Shown here in pieces: positions 13,197-24,588 of a stretch of DNA of 64,000 nt. Both the position numbers and the translations under genes were made by a program. The first letter of the stretch is position 1; each line of letters opens with the position of its first letter. Origin of the DNA: an uncultured delta proteobacterium (GTDB taxonomy: Bacteria; Myxococcota_A; Polyangia; Haliangiales; Haliangiaceae); contig CAVUQH010000003.1 in NCBI GenBank assembly GCA_963743525.1, positions 416,001-480,000 on the forward strand, read 5' to 3'. Below the pieces are notes generated by a model. That model was not told where the DNA came from and ran no database searches. It saw nothing but the letters and a program-made list of their open reading frames with translations.

Positions 13197-16100
13197 TCCT
13201 GCGTCCGGCCCGGCCAGGGCGCGATCATCTGCGCCCACGCCGCGGGGGCGCCGACGCCGGTGACGCGCATCGCCTCTTCGGCGGCGGCAGTCTTGTCGGC
13301 GCCGTCGTCGCCGCCCTCGAGCTGGCCGAGGCGGTAGCGCGCGACCTGGCCGTGGAGCGGCATCTCGGCGGCATCGAACGCCGCTGGTAGCTCGCGCAGC
13401 AGGCGCCGGGCGCCGTCGTCGTCACCGCCGGCGGCGGCGATCGCGGCCATCACCAGACCGCCCAGCGGGGTGCTCCAGCCGACCTTCTCGCGCATCAGCG
13501 CGCGGGCGTGGGTGCTCGCCCGGCGCAGGGCGTCGTCGTCGCCGGCCAGTCCCGCGGCCAGCGACGCGCGCGCGCGCAGCGCCACCGCCTCGAGACGAAT
13601 CTGCTGGGTGCGCAGCAGCATCGATCCCTCCAGTCCCGGCCAGCCGTCCTCGACCCGGCGAGCGGCGTCGGCGTTGGCGCCGACGTACAGGTCGAGCTGC
13701 GTGCGCGCGAGCATGTGGTTGTAGTGCTGCAAGTGATAGCGCTCCATCGACCAGCGGTGCTCGGCGTAGGCCAGGCGCTCGCGGGCCACGTTGACGTCGT
13801 CCTTGCCCAGCCACGCCCAGTTGAGCAGACCGGTCGACAGCATGGTCAACGCGTACAGGTCGCCGCGGGCCTCGGCCTCGCGCAACGCCGGTGGCACGCG
13901 CCGCGCCAGCTCGCCGAGTTGCCCGCGGTAGGCCATCGACCACAGCATCAGGTGGCGCGAGCTGATCATCTCCCACCAGGAGCCGGCGCAGTGGTTGCGG
14001 AACAGACCGATGGCGGGCAGTGCGGCCTCGACGGTGCCGCGCCACTCGCCGCGCAAGAAGCAGGCGTAGGCGCGGCCCATGCGCGCGGTGGCGCGGGCGT
14101 ACGCGGTGCCGACCTCGGCGGCCAGCGACTCGTTGCGCGCGACCAGCGCGTCGGTGCGCTTGACCGAGCGGGTGCCGCCCATGCCGACGATGGCGGTCTC
14201 GGCCATCAGACCCCGGCACACGCGCGACCGCTCGCCGGTGGCCAGGGCCAGGCGCAACGCGCGGGTCTGCAGCTCGGCGCCGCGGATCGGATCGATCATC
14301 GCCAGGCCGCTGGTCGCTCCCCACAGCGCGTCGACGGCCGCCAGCTGGTGGGCGGGAACGTCGCGGGCGTCGCGCGGGCGGAAGCCGAGGCCCGAGATGC
14401 GCAGGCGCGCGCGGTGGTAGAGCAGCGACGCCAGGGCGGCGCGCGGCGTGTGCGGCAGCTTGTGGCCGTGGGCGGCCAGCGCCCGCCGCAGCACGGCCAG
14501 GCCCTCGTCGACACCGCCGGCGCGCAGCATCTGCTCGGCGGCGCGGCCCTCCAGCTCGGCGGCCGTGGTCTGGTCGGGGGCGTTGTCCATGGCGGCGAGA
14601 AACATCTGCCCGGACTCGTGTCCCAGTCCGGCGCTGGCCAGCGCCTCGGCGCGCGCGACCTGGGCCTCGTAGCGCTCGGTGGGAAGCAGGCCGTCGTACT
14701 CGAGGTACTCGGCGAACAGTGCGGCCGCGCGGTCGAAGGCGAGCGCCTCGGCGGCTTCGTGCGCTGCGCGCAGAGTGTAGCGGTGCGCCGGCTGTGCCTC
14801 GCCGGCGTCGCGCCAGTGACGCGCCAGCACCTCGGCATCGGTGTGCGGATCGCTCTGCAGCGCCAGGGCGACGCGAAGGTGGAGCTCGCGCGTCCGCTCC
14901 GGCGACAGTGCGGCGACAGCAGCGTCGCGCACGCGGTCGTGGAGGATCTCGATGTAGTCGTCGGGCAGCGCCGCGCGCCCGCGCAGCAGCGTGGCCGCGC
15001 GCAGGATCGCCGCCTCGCCGGCGCCGTCGTCGGGCAGACGAGCAGCGCGGGCGGCGTCGCGCAGGCGCAGCGGTCCGCCGGCGACGGCGATCACGTCGAG
15101 CAGCTCGCGGGCGCGGTAGGGCAAGCGCTCGAAGCGGTGGCGCAGCACCTCCTCCAGCGTCACCGACGGCGCGTCTCCGTCGCGCTCGAGCACCCGACCG
15201 CTGCGCACGAACGCCACCAGCTCGCGAATGAACAGCGGGTTGCCCGCAGCCTCCCAGGCGATGGCGTTGGCGTCGTCGCCCGCGTTCGGGTGATCGCCGA
15301 GCAACGCCAGCGCCAGCTCGCGCGCCGACGTCGGGTCGAGCGGGCCGACGGGAACGCGCAGCACCGCGCCGGCGGCCGACCGCTCCAGCCGCCGGCGCAC
15401 GGCGCGGTCGACCAGATCCTCGTCGTCGGAGTCGGTGCGCACGGTGGCGCAGATCAGCACCGGCGGCGCGTCCGGCGGCCGGGTCAGCTCGGCCAGCAGC
15501 GCGGCGCTGTCGTTGTCGCCCCACTGCAGGTCGTCGATCCACAGGATCACCGGCCGGCTCCGGGCCAGCCGAGACAACAGCTCGCGCAGCGCGGTGCCGG
15601 CGGTATGGCGCAGCTCGAATGGATCGACCGCGGCGTCCGGCGCCGGTGCGCGAGCCAGCGACTCGACCAGGCGCAGCACCGGAAACAGGCGCACCAGGGA
15701 GCCGGCGTCCGGCGGCACCAGCGCCTCGACCTGGTCCGGCGGCAGCTTCTCCAGGGTATCGGCGAGATCGTCGATCAGGTTGTCGAACGCTTTGTACGGC
15801 ACCGACTCGCGCTCGTAGCAGCGACCCTTGAGCACCAGCGCGCGCCCGGCGGCGGCGGCGCGGTCGGTGAACGTCTGCGCCAGGGCGGTCTTGCCCATGC
15901 CGGTCTGTCCGCGCAGCTGCACGGTGACGCAGGCGCCGCGCTCGACCCGGCGCAGGGCGTGCTCGAGCGCGTCGAGCTGATGGCGGCGACCGACCAGGTC
16001 GACCTCGGCCTCGCCGCGGACGGCCGGCGCGTCGGAGCCGAGCGCCGCACCGATGTCGGCCGCGCCGGCGCGCACGGCCGGGTCACGGGCGAGCAGGCGA

Positions 16101-16813
16101 TCGCACAGCGCCGCCAGCGCCGGCGACACCGTGAGCGCGCGGTCGCGGACCGGCGGTGGATCGCGCCGCTCCTTGGCCGCCAGCACCTCCATCACCGAGC
16201 CCTCGAACGGCATGACGCCGGTGAGCGCCTGGTGGAGGATGACGCCGACCGCGTACCAGTCGGCAGCGGGACCTACCGGCTCGCCGCGCACGTGCTCGGG
16301 CGCGATGTACGCGGCGGTGCCGACGATGTCGTCGTCACTCGACCGATCGCGCACCACCCGGGCCAGACCGAAGTTGACGATGACCAGACGCCCCTCGGCG
16401 ACCAGCACGTTGGACGGCTTTATGTCGCGGTGGACCACGCCGGCGGCGTGCAGCGCCGACAGCCCGTCGGTCAGCTGCTCGATCGCGCGCAGGGTGCGGG
16501 CCGCGCGCGCCCCCGGGTCGGGCGCGTCGCGGATCCACGACAGCACGTCCTGCCCGTCGATCCGCTCCATCACCAGCAGCCAGTCGTCGCCCTCGGTGAT
16601 CAGCTCGTGAAAGACCACCAGGTTGGGGTGGGCGACGTCGGCCAGGGCGCGGAACTCGCGCTTGAGCTGGTAGACGGCGTCGGCGTCGACCCGGTGCAAT
16701 ACCTTGAGAGCGACGCGGGTTTCGTCGCGCGCGTGATCGATGGCGTCGTAGACCACGCCGCTGGCGCCGCCGCCGATTCGGTGCAAGCGTTCGAACCGCG
16801 ATCCGGCGCTCAT
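13193..16813 (-). CDS. Hanks-type Ser/Thr kinase fused to AAA ATPase and helical/TPR-like region
   Basis: [20 protein letters not shown], (D>N)[17 protein letters not shown]; Walker [20 protein letters not shown]. Confidence 0.92.
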   Translation of the reverse strand: MSAGSRFERLHRIGGGASGVVYDAIDHARDETRVALKVLHRVDADAVYQLKREFRALADVAHPNLVVFHELITEGDDWLLVMERIDGQDVLSWIRDAPDPGARAARTLRAIEQLTDGLSALHAAGVVHRDIKPSNVLVAEGRLVIVNFGLARVVRDRSSDDDIVGTAAYIAPEHVRGEPVGPAADWYAVGVILHQALTGVMPFEGSVMEVLAAKERRDPPPVRDRALTVSPALAALCDRLLARDPAVRAGAADIGAALGSDAPAVRGEAEVDLVGRRHQLDALEHALRRVERGACVTVQLRGQTGMGKTALAQTFTDRAAAAGRALVLKGRCYERESVPYKAFDNLIDDLADTLEKLPPDQVEALVPPDAGSLVRLFPVLRLVESLARAPAPDAAVDPFELRHTAGTALRELLSRLARSRPVILWIDDLQWGDNDSAALLAELTRPPDAPPVLICATVRTDSDDEDLVDRAVRRRLERSAAGAVLRVPVGPLDPTSARELALALLGDHPNAGDDANAIAWEAAGNPLFIRELVAFVRSGRVLERDGDAPSVTLEEVLRHRFERLPYRARELLDVIAVAGGPLRLRDAARAARLPDDGAGEAAILRAATLLRGRAALPDDYIEILHDRVRDAAVAALSPERTRELHLRVALALQSDPHTDAEVLARHWRDAGEAQPAHRYTLRAAHEAAEALAFDRAAALFAEYLEYDGLLPTERYEAQVARAEALASAGLGHESGQMFLAAMDNAPDQTTAAELEGRAAEQMLRAGGVDEGLAVLRRALAAHGHKLPHTPRAALASLLYHRARLRISGLGFRPRDARDVPAHQLAAVDALWGATSGLAMIDPIRGAELQTRALRLALATGERSRVCRGLMAETAIVGMGGTRSVKRTDALVARNESLAAEVGTAYARATARMGRAYACFLRGEWRGTVEAALPAIGLFRNHCAGSWWEMISSRHLMLWSMAYRGQLGELARRVPPALREAEARGDLYALTMLSTGLLNWAWLGKDDVNVARERLAYAEHRWSMERYHLQHYNHMLARTQLDLYVGANADAARRVEDGWPGLEGSMLLRTQQIRLEAVALRARASLAAGLAGDDDALRRASTHARALMREKVGWSTPLGGLVMAAIAAAGGDDDGARRLLRELPAAFDAAEMPLHGQVARYRLGQLEGGDDGADKTAAAEEAMRVTGVGAPAAWAQMIAPWPGRTQD

Positions 16814-17817
16814 TCCAGCGACGGCTCGAGGACGTCACCGGCGGCCATGGTGCCGAAGGCGCCGCCCGTGTGGATGAACACCACCCGCTGTGCGAACCGC
16901 TCGCGATGCTCGGCGAGCTCCCTGGTCAACCCGAAGAACGCCTTGCCGGTGTAGGTCGGGTCGAGGACCAATCCCTCGCGCCGCGCCACCGCCACCAGCA
17001 GCGCGAGCTCTTCCGGGCGCGACTTGCCGTAGCCGCGTCCGACGTAGCCGTTGACGATGTCGATGTCGGCGGCGCTGGCGCCGGCGCCGCGGCCGTACCG
17101 CTCGGTGAAGTCGGCGCAGATCGAATCGATGATGCGCGTGAAGTAGGCGGCGTCGTCGCAGACGTTGACGCAGGCGAGGCGGGCGTCGAGGCCGACGATG
17201 CGCGCGCCCAGCACCAGCCCGGCGCTGGTGCCGCCGGAGCCGCAGGCGTGGATCACCGTGGTCGGCATCGGCGGCAGCGCTGCCAGGTCGGCGGCCAGCT
17301 CGGCGGCGCAGCGGACGTAGCCCCAGGCTCCGACCGCGTTCGACCCGCCCTCGGGGATGACGTACGGTGTGCGCCCGCGGTCGCGCAGGCGGTCGGCCTC
17401 GCGCGCCATCAGCTCGCCGCGGCGGCGGTATTCCTCGTAGCTGATCCAGACGATGTCGGCGCCGACCAGGCGATCGAGGAGGATGTTGCCGCCCAGCGGC
17501 GGCGGCTGCGCCGGATCGCGAGTGCGCAGAAGCAGCGTGCAGCCGAGCCCGGCGCGGGCGGCGGCAAAGGCGGTGGCGCGGGCGTGGTTGGACTGCTCAC
17601 CGCCGCAGGTGATCAGGTGATCGGCACCGGCGGCGCGGGCGTCCTCGAGCAAGAACTCGAGCTTGCGCACCTTGTTGCCGGTCAGCTCGAGACCGGTCAG
17701 ATCGTCGCGCTTGATCCACAGCTCGACTCCCAGCTCGGCGCCGGTGCGCGGCAGCGGCTCGAGCGGGGTCGGCGCTCGCGCCAGGTCGACCCGCGGCGGG
17801 TAGTCGATGGCGGCCAT
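16810..17817 (-). CDS. D-cysteine desulfhydrase / ACC deaminase family PLP enzyme
   Basis: [17 protein letters not shown] (PLP Lys), [26 protein letters not shown]. Confidence 0.92.
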   Translation of the reverse strand: MAAIDYPPRVDLARAPTPLEPLPRTGAELGVELWIKRDDLTGLELTGNKVRKLEFLLEDARAAGADHLITCGGEQSNHARATAFAAARAGLGCTLLLRTRDPAQPPPLGGNILLDRLVGADIVWISYEEYRRRGELMAREADRLRDRGRTPYVIPEGGSNAVGAWGYVRCAAELAADLAALPPMPTTVIHACGSGGTSAGLVLGARIVGLDARLACVNVCDDAAYFTRIIDSICADFTERYGRGAGASAADIDIVNGYVGRGYGKSRPEELALLVAVARREGLVLDPTYTGKAFFGLTRELAEHRERFAQRVVFIHTGGAFGTMAAGDVLEPSLE

Positions 17818-17833
17818 GGCCGCATGATACCGC

Positions 17834-19222
17834 TCACTCGGCCAGCCAGGTGGCGAATCCGCGGTAGGCGGCCCACACGTCGGCTTTTGCCGACAGCTCC
17901 ATCGGCGAGTGCATGCTGACCACGGCGATTCCGACATCGACGGTGTCGATGCCGCGATCGGCCATGTACTTGGCGATGGTGCCGCCACCGCCCTCGTCGA
18001 CGCGGCCCAGCTCACCGTACTGCAGGGCGGCCCCGGCGCGATCGAAAGCGGCGCGGACCGAGGCGATCAGCCCGGCGCGAGCGGCGCTGCCGCCCTGCTT
18101 GCCGCCGTAGCCGGTAAACGGGAACAGCGCCGGCCCGTTGCCGATGATCGGCGCGTTCTTGGCCTCGTGAACCTCGGGCCAGTCGGGGTTGATCGCCGCC
18201 GGGGTGTCGGCCGACAGCGCCTGCGACGCGGCCATCGCCCGATGCATCGCCGCCTCGGTGACCCGCACGTCCTGAGCGCGCAGCAACCACGCGACCACCA
18301 GCTCGAGGAAGCGCGAGCGCGCGCCGGTGGTGCCGGTCGAGCCGACCTCCTCGCGGTCGACCAGCCAGACCGCGGCGGTGTGGGCGGGCGCGTGATCGGC
18401 GGGCAGGTCGACCACCGCGCGCCAGGCGGCGAACGAGTTGACCCGATCGTCCTGGCCGTGGCCGCCGACCAGCGCGCGGTCGACGCCGACGTCGCGGGCG
18501 CCGGCGCGCGGCACTGCGTACAGCTCGGCGGTCTCCAGGTCGGCGGCGGTGACGCCGTAGCGCTGATGGAGCAGGTCGACGAAGGTGCGCGGCGCCGGCG
18601 CGTCGTCCTTGCCGCCGGGCAGCGCGGTCGGCGTCGAGCTGGTAATCAGCACCAGCTCGTTGCCCTTCTCCTCGATGCGGAAGCCGAAGTCGTCGGTCAG
18701 GCCGAGGGCGACGTTGACCGCCGCGCCGCCGGCGCGGACGATGCGGCCGACCACCGCCACCGGGGTGCCCGGCCAGTGATGGTGGCGCATGCCGCCGTAG
18801 CGCAGCAGCGGAATCTCGGTCTGGTTGTCGCGGGTGAGCGCCGAGGTGTCGAGGCGCGGCGACGGCGTGTCGATGTGCGAGCCGATCAGGCGCAGGCCGT
18901 CGGTGGCGATCGGATCGCGACCGACGACGACGAACACGGCGCTGCGGTCGCGGTTGACGAACAGCAGCCGCTGGCCCGGCTGCAGTCGCTGTTGGGTCGT
19001 CGCGTAGACGTTGACCACGGTGAAGCCGGGGCTGTGGGCGCGGGCGTAGTCGAGCACCAGCGCCGGCGTGCGCCCGGCGTCGAGCCAGTCGCGCAGGGCC
19101 GCACCGGTATCCATCGCATTGCCCAGCGGCGCTACTGGCGACGGCATCGCCGGGGCGCCGGGGCAGCCGAGCGCGAGCAGCGCTGCGCACGCAGCAAGCC
19201 CGACCTGCACGCCTCGCCTCAC
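17834..19222 (-). CDS. M18 aminopeptidase-like lipoprotein; metal ligands intact, His-loop segment missing
   Basis: GTG start overlaps upstream stop (GTGA 19219-19222); lipobox LALGC; GSHIDTP, GQDDR, DREEVG, SAD, SMHSP. Confidence 0.85.
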   Translation of the reverse strand: MRRGVQVGLAACAALLALGCPGAPAMPSPVAPLGNAMDTGAALRDWLDAGRTPALVLDYARAHSPGFTVVNVYATTQQRLQPGQRLLFVNRDRSAVFVVVGRDPIATDGLRLIGSHIDTPSPRLDTSALTRDNQTEIPLLRYGGMRHHHWPGTPVAVVGRIVRAGGAAVNVALGLTDDFGFRIEEKGNELVLITSSTPTALPGGKDDAPAPRTFVDLLHQRYGVTAADLETAELYAVPRAGARDVGVDRALVGGHGQDDRVNSFAAWRAVVDLPADHAPAHTAAVWLVDREEVGSTGTTGARSRFLELVVAWLLRAQDVRVTEAAMHRAMAASQALSADTPAAINPDWPEVHEAKNAPIIGNGPALFPFTGYGGKQGGSAARAGLIASVRAAFDRAGAALQYGELGRVDEGGGGTIAKYMADRGIDTVDVGIAVVSMHSPMELSAKADVWAAYRGFATWLAE

Positions 19223-20625
19223 TGGAACCAGCCCTCGAACGCGAGCCGCGCCTGATACAGATCGAACACCGACAGCCGCTCGAGCGGCCGGCCGCGATCG
19301 CCGATCGGCAGACCGACGGCGACGGTGTCGACGTCGAGGGTGCCCAGGTCGCGCGCCGGCTCGGACGACGCCGCTTCGCCGGCCACCTGGTGCTGGGCGC
19401 CGGTGGAGGCCATCGCGTCGAGCAGGCGCCGGGTCGCCGCCGGCATGGCGTCGTCGTTGCGCGGCGACACCACCAGGCCCCGGGACGGCGTGCCGGCCAG
19501 CTGCTCGGCGACCAGCGCCTGCGAGCGGGACAGCGCCCGCTGGGTCACCAGCATGTCGGCGTCTTTGGCGCCGGCGGCGATCACCGCGTCCAGCGCCCGG
19601 CGAACGAACGCGGTGCCGCTGGTTCCGGTGTAGCCGGTCAGCCGTTTGCTGATGACGATGACCACCGACGTGTAGCGAACGCTGGGCAGCGCGGCCAGCG
19701 CGCGCACGGCGGCGTAGGCCAGCGCCCGGTGCTGGTGGCCATAGCCGGCCAGCTCGGCCCGGTCGACGCCGAGGAAGACCGGCGGCCCGGCCGGCACCAG
19801 CTCGGCCTCGGCCGAGGCGAAGTCTCGGGGCGACAGGCCGCGGGCGCGCAGGTAATCGACCAGCGCCTTCTGGGTGCGGGCGGCGACTGCGTCCATCCGC
19901 TCGGGGCTGTCGACGATTGCTCGCCGCTGCGCGTGGCGCGACAGGTGCGGCAACAGATCCGGCACCACCAGCACCGGGTCGTCGGCATCCTCGCCGACGG
20001 TCAGCTCGAGCGGGCCGTCGGCGGCGCCGGGGCGCGCGGCGTAGATGTGCAGGGCCAGCGGCGTGACCAGCCACGACTTCAGATCGACGTCGCCGTAGAT
20101 CTCGGTGTCGAGCATGGCCAGCTGGTCCTTCTCGTACAGCGGCTGCTGCTTGAGATCGATGCGCGGGGCGTCGATGGCGGCGATGACGACGTGCATCCCC
20201 TCCTCGATCGGCCGCTGGCCGGTGACGACGAAGGCCAGCGCCCGTCCGCCCGGGCCGGCCAACAGATAGCGCCCGCCGGGTGTGTGGGCCGAGCCATCGT
20301 CGGGCAGCGGCGCGGCGCCGTGGGCCAGGTCGGTCAGCGCGGTCACCACCTGGCGCTCGGTCTTGGCCTTGCCGAGGAAATCGGCGTAGTCGGCGGCGAA
20401 GGCGTCGATGCTGGCGCGAGTGGCGGCGTCGGCGGTCTTCCACCCGCGCTCGACCGCGGGGAAGGCCGGGTCGTCGGCCGGCGCGCCGCTCGCGCCCGCC
20501 GCCGGTGCGGTCGGTGGCGGGGGCGTCGTCGCCGGGGTGGCGGCCGCGTGACCGCAGCCGGCGACGCTGCCGAGCAGCCCTGCCAGCGCGGCGACCGCCC
20601 AGCCGAACCCGGGATTCACCCGCAT
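19219..20625 (-). CDS. M18 aminopeptidase-like lipoprotein, predicted to lack metal binding
   Basis: Lipobox VAGC; KTER, AAIDAPRIDLK..PLYE, PLALH, PDLLPHL retained; ligand positions read AAID, GHQHR, SKRLTG, VAE, DRGRP. Confidence 0.8.
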   Translation of the reverse strand: MRVNPGFGWAVAALAGLLGSVAGCGHAAATPATTPPPPTAPAAGASGAPADDPAFPAVERGWKTADAATRASIDAFAADYADFLGKAKTERQVVTALTDLAHGAAPLPDDGSAHTPGGRYLLAGPGGRALAFVVTGQRPIEEGMHVVIAAIDAPRIDLKQQPLYEKDQLAMLDTEIYGDVDLKSWLVTPLALHIYAARPGAADGPLELTVGEDADDPVLVVPDLLPHLSRHAQRRAIVDSPERMDAVAARTQKALVDYLRARGLSPRDFASAEAELVPAGPPVFLGVDRAELAGYGHQHRALAYAAVRALAALPSVRYTSVVIVISKRLTGYTGTSGTAFVRRALDAVIAAGAKDADMLVTQRALSRSQALVAEQLAGTPSRGLVVSPRNDDAMPAATRRLLDAMASTGAQHQVAGEAASSEPARDLGTLDVDTVAVGLPIGDRGRPLERLSVFDLYQARLAFEGWFQ

Positions 20626-20638
20626 GGGCGGGACGCTA

Positions 20639-21277
20639 TCACACGGTGACGAACGGGTTCTTCAGCGACTCGTCGCCAATGGTGGTGAAGTCGCCGTGGC
20701 CGGGAATGACGGCGGTGTCGGGATCCATGGTGTAGAGGCGCTCGCGGATCGATCGGACGATGGCCCGCGAGTCGCCGCCGGGCAGGTCGGTGCGGCCGAT
20801 GCCGCGGCGAAACAGCGTATCGCCGGCGAACAGCAGCCGGTCGCTGCCGTCGGTGACCTCGAAGCAGACCGAGCCCGGGGTGTGCCCGGGGGTGTGGATG
20901 ACCAGGGCGCTGCGCTTGCCGAAGGCGATGGCGTCGCCGTCGGCGACGAACCGGTTGACCGGCACGGTGTCGCGCACGCGGATGCCGAACATCGCCCCCT
21001 GCATCTGGATGCCGTCGTAGAGCGGCAGGTCGCCGCGGTGCAGGCAGATCGATCCGCCGTGGGTCTCCTTGACGTCGCGGGTGGCGAAGATGTGATCGAG
21101 GTGGGCGTGGGTGTGGATGATGGCGGCGACGGTGAGGTCGTAGTGCTCGAGGACCTCGGCGATGCGATCGGTGGCACCGCCGGGGTCGACGACGACCGCT
21201 TCCTTGCTGTCGGCGCAGGCCAGGATGGTGCAGTTGCACGCCAGCGGGCCGGCCGGAAAGGTCTCTCGGAGCATCAT
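20639..21277 (-). CDS. MBL-fold metallo-hydrolase (glyoxalase II/YcbL-like)
   Basis: THAHLDH, TPGHTPG, GDTLF, GRTDLPGG, PGHG. Confidence 0.92.
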   Translation of the reverse strand: MMLRETFPAGPLACNCTILACADSKEAVVVDPGGATDRIAEVLEHYDLTVAAIIHTHAHLDHIFATRDVKETHGGSICLHRGDLPLYDGIQMQGAMFGIRVRDTVPVNRFVADGDAIAFGKRSALVIHTPGHTPGSVCFEVTDGSDRLLFAGDTLFRRGIGRTDLPGGDSRAIVRSIRERLYTMDPDTAVIPGHGDFTTIGDESLKNPFVTV

Positions 21278-21411
21278 GTGGCCCACCATACACCGGGGAG
21301 CGTATTCGGCAACTGCCTAAAATGTATTAGGATTGTCGGAATCGTGAGGTGAGTCTCAATCGGGAGCGCGGACAACTTGACTCCGGCTGGGGCGGTGCCA
21401 TGCTCCGGCCC

Positions 21412-21513
21412 GTGTCGTACCGTCCGTCCCAAAACGAGCCCATCGGAGCCGGCGCCATCGTGGCTGCGCTGGCCGCCTTCACGATGGCGCTCGCTGCCTA
21501 CTTCCTGAACTGA
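21412..21513 (+). CDS. Putative 33-aa single-pass membrane protein (alternative ATG at 21400)
   Basis: MSYRPSQNEPIGAGAIVAALAAFTMALAAYFLN; GC3-rich codons; TTGACT (21377) and TGcCATGCT just upstream. Confidence 0.45.
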   Translation: MSYRPSQNEPIGAGAIVAALAAFTMALAAYFLN

Positions 21514-21628
21514 CCGGGCGCGCTCCGGCGTCGCCCCGCGACGATCCCGGCCGCGTCCGAACGGCCGAATCTGCGTGCTGAAGCTGGCTCGACTTGAGCT
21601 AGACTGCGGCCCGCCGAAGGGGGAACGT

Positions 21629-23335
21629 ATGCGCCTGGGTTCATTGAAGGGAATCGCTGGAGTCTCGCTGCTTTGCGCGCTGGTCGCGTGTGGAGGCGGC
21701 GATGACGCCGCGGCTCCGGATGCCGGCCTCGGCGGGCCACGGGATCCGTTCCCCGACCAGGTTTGTCCCGGCTCCGACGGCTGCACCGGTCAGGGCGACG
21801 GCGTCTTCAAGGTCGGCGCTGCGCAGATCGAGATCACCCCCAACCTGGCCGACCACGAGACCGAGTACACCGACGACAACGGCAACGGCGAGTGGGACTC
21901 GGGCGAGGCGTTCGTTGACAAGAACGGCAACAACGTCTTCGACGCCGTCTGGCTGGCCGGTTTCGGCAACGGGCGCCCGGCGACCAGCGTCCACGCGCCG
22001 ATCTGGGTGCGGTCGATCGTCTTCGAGTGGAACGACATTCGGCTGGCCATCGTCACCGTCGACTGCGTCGGCTGGATGGCCAACGCGGTCGACGCGACCC
22101 GCGACATGCTGCCGGCGTCGCTGGGCATCGACCACCTGGTGATGCAGGCGACCCACGTCCACGAGGCGCCCGACACCCTGGGTCTGTGGGGACGCAAGGA
22201 GCTCGAGTCGGGCCTCGACCCGGACTACATGCAGTCGATCCGCGAGAAGTCAGTGCAGGCGGTCAGCGACGCGGTCGACGCCCTCGAGCCGGTGACCATG
22301 TCGTACGCGGTGACCCAGACCCTGGACCCGGGCGGCTCGGCGCGGCCGTACGTCGGCGACGGCCGCGACCCCAACATCCTCGACCCGACCCTGACGGTGG
22401 TGCAGTTCAAGTCGGTGGCCGAGCCCGATCGGTCGGTGGCGACGCTCATCCACTGGTCGGCACACCCGGAATATTCGGGCAGCCACAACGACGCCATCAC
22501 CCCCGATTACATCTACATGCTGCGCGACGGGGTCGAGAGCGGCCTGCCGGCCGAGCCCGACCGCAGCCTGCCGGCCGTGGACGGCGTCGGCGGCGAGGTG
22601 CTGTTCCTCCAGGGCACCCTGGGCGGGCAGATCGGCCCGCACGGCACCCGGCCGATCGCCGCCGACGGCACCGAGATCACCGACGAGGGGCTCGAGCGCG
22701 CCGACGCCGTGGGCCGCAACGTCGCCCGGCTGGCCCTCGACGCCATCACCAGCACCGACAAGGTGGTCGACGTCGCCAGCCCGTCGCTGGAGTTCCGCAC
22801 CGGCGCCATCGACCTGGCGGTCGAGAACACCTTCTATCACGTGGCCAGCGTGGTCGGCGTCTTCGACCGGCAGTTCCACGGCAACGATCCGAAGAAGCCG
22901 CTGGGCCCCGACAACGTCCCGTACATCGACTCGCGGGTGACCTACTTCCGCGTCGGCACCCTGGGCGTGATCACCGCCCCCGGCGAGCTCCACCCGGAGC
23001 TGTTCATCGGCGGCTACGACGGCACCTTCAGCTACGACGCGCCGATCATCGATCCCAACAATCCCAACCCGCCGATGCTGGCCAACGCGCCGCAGCCGCC
23101 GTACTTGCGCCAGCTGATGACCGACCTGCCCGGCGTTGACCACGCCATCTGCATGGGCCTGGCCGAGGACATGATCGGCTACATCGTGCCCGGCTACAAC
23201 TACCAGCTGGACGACAACACGCCGTACATCGAAGAGGCGCCGGGCGACCACTACGAAGAGACCAACTCCGTCGGTCCCCTCGTCGAGGAACAAGCCGTCG
23301 GCTCCATGCGCGACCTCATCGAGTGGCAACCCTGA
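21629..23335 (+). CDS. Lipoprotein of the neutral/alkaline ceramidase-like superfamily
   Basis: Lipobox LVAC; GAAQIEITP, ATHVHEAPD, HPE, PGELHPE; DxNGNG Ca-binding-like loops. Confidence 0.7.
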   Translation: MRLGSLKGIAGVSLLCALVACGGGDDAAAPDAGLGGPRDPFPDQVCPGSDGCTGQGDGVFKVGAAQIEITPNLADHETEYTDDNGNGEWDSGEAFVDKNGNNVFDAVWLAGFGNGRPATSVHAPIWVRSIVFEWNDIRLAIVTVDCVGWMANAVDATRDMLPASLGIDHLVMQATHVHEAPDTLGLWGRKELESGLDPDYMQSIREKSVQAVSDAVDALEPVTMSYAVTQTLDPGGSARPYVGDGRDPNILDPTLTVVQFKSVAEPDRSVATLIHWSAHPEYSGSHNDAITPDYIYMLRDGVESGLPAEPDRSLPAVDGVGGEVLFLQGTLGGQIGPHGTRPIAADGTEITDEGLERADAVGRNVARLALDAITSTDKVVDVASPSLEFRTGAIDLAVENTFYHVASVVGVFDRQFHGNDPKKPLGPDNVPYIDSRVTYFRVGTLGVITAPGELHPELFIGGYDGTFSYDAPIIDPNNPNPPMLANAPQPPYLRQLMTDLPGVDHAICMGLAEDMIGYIVPGYNYQLDDNTPYIEEAPGDHYEETNSVGPLVEEQAVGSMRDLIEWQP

Positions 23336-23352
23336 TCGGGTCGGCTGCGAGC

Positions 23353-24558
23353 CTATTCGAGGCGCTCGCGGGCGGCGTCGGCGAGCGGGTCGGCGGGGTA
23401 GCCGTCGATCAGGCGGCGGAGGGTTTTGGCGGCCAGGTCGGAGCGGCCGGCGGCTTCCTGGACGTCGGCGACCAGCCACAGGGCGCCGGGGATGAGCTCG
23501 CTCTGCGGGTGGTCGGCGAGGAGCCGGTTGACGTGGGTCAGGACCTGGCGGTGGTCGCCGGCGGCGCGGGCGGCGCGGGCGGCGGCGACGAGGTCGCGGT
23601 CGGTGGTGGGCGTGGGCGCTGCGGGTGCGGCCACGGGTGCGGGTGACGCGACCACGCGGGCCTCGGGCGGTGGCGCCGGTTGCCGCTGCAGCTGGTGGCC
23701 CATGTACGGCTCGCACAGGGCGCCGAGCAGGCGGCCGCGCAGCGCCATCGGCACGTAGAGCAGGGCGTAGCCGAGGATCACCGGCAGCACCGGCACCGGC
23801 GACTGGATGATGGCCAGCGCGACGAAGAAGCCGGTGACTTGCTCCCCGAGGAGCAACGCGTAGAACAGCACCACCGCCAGCGCGTAGTCGGCGCCGAAGC
23901 GGCGCAGCGTTCGCACCCACACCCGCGGGTCGTACATGGCCAGCAGCGACCGGCTGAGCGCGGCGATGGCCAGGAGCAGGGGCAGGAACAGCAGTCCGAC
24001 GCCGAGCAGGATCAGCGGCCCGTGTAGATCGGCCAACGAGCGGACCGCGCCGCCGCGCATCAGCGACACGCCGGCCCAGACGAAGGCGCCGACGATCGGC
24101 GCGACCGCCGCCAGGTAGCGGGCCAGCGGCCCGATGATGTCGGTGGCGTCGGGCGGCGTGAGATCCGGATCGCCGTGGGCGCTGGTCTCGATGATGCGGA
24201 AGTAGACGCCGGCCTCCAGCGCCAGCGCGATCCAGCCGCCGATCATCGGCACGTAGCCGAGGAACCAGCGGGCGATGGCCAGGCCGAGCAGCGACACGAG
24301 TATGGTCGGGCGCGCGATGTACGCGCCGACCTCGGGCAGTCGCCGCCACAGCGGGATGACGATGCCGCGGGCGGCGGCGGCCGCCGCCTCGGTCATGCCG
24401 CCCAGGTCGACGACCATGCCGTCGCAGCCCTGGTGGACCCGCACCGGATTGACGCCGGCCGACATCTTCCTGATGCACGCCTCGCAGGCGTCCTGTCCAC
24501 AGCGCGGGCAGTGGTAGCGCGCTTCGGTGTTCGGGTGTCTGGGGCAGGAGAATTGCAC
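23353..24558 (-). CDS. Membrane protein with N-terminal B-box-like Zn finger and C-terminal TPR/BamD-like helices
   Basis: CPRHP…CPRC…CEAC; about six hydrophobic segments; C-terminal LLADHPQS…LIDGYPADPLADAARERL. Confidence 0.7.
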   Translation of the reverse strand: MQFSCPRHPNTEARYHCPRCGQDACEACIRKMSAGVNPVRVHQGCDGMVVDLGGMTEAAAAAARGIVIPLWRRLPEVGAYIARPTILVSLLGLAIARWFLGYVPMIGGWIALALEAGVYFRIIETSAHGDPDLTPPDATDIIGPLARYLAAVAPIVGAFVWAGVSLMRGGAVRSLADLHGPLILLGVGLLFLPLLLAIAALSRSLLAMYDPRVWVRTLRRFGADYALAVVLFYALLLGEQVTGFFVALAIIQSPVPVLPVILGYALLYVPMALRGRLLGALCEPYMGHQLQRQPAPPPEARVVASPAPVAAPAAPTPTTDRDLVAAARAARAAGDHRQVLTHVNRLLADHPQSELIPGALWLVADVQEAAGRSDLAAKTLRRLIDGYPADPLADAARERLE

Positions 24559-24588
24559 GGCGCGATCGTATCAGTCCGGTTGGCTCGG

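Noticed and set aside
16373..16378. Pseudokinase (NFG) or Asn-to-Asp recoding
   Set aside because: Other kinase motifs are intact and the change is confined to the GTCGAC context, so an artefact is more likely.
21310..21337. dif-like TAA-N6-TTA site
   Set aside because: Neither arm matches the XerD consensus TTATGTTAAAT well.
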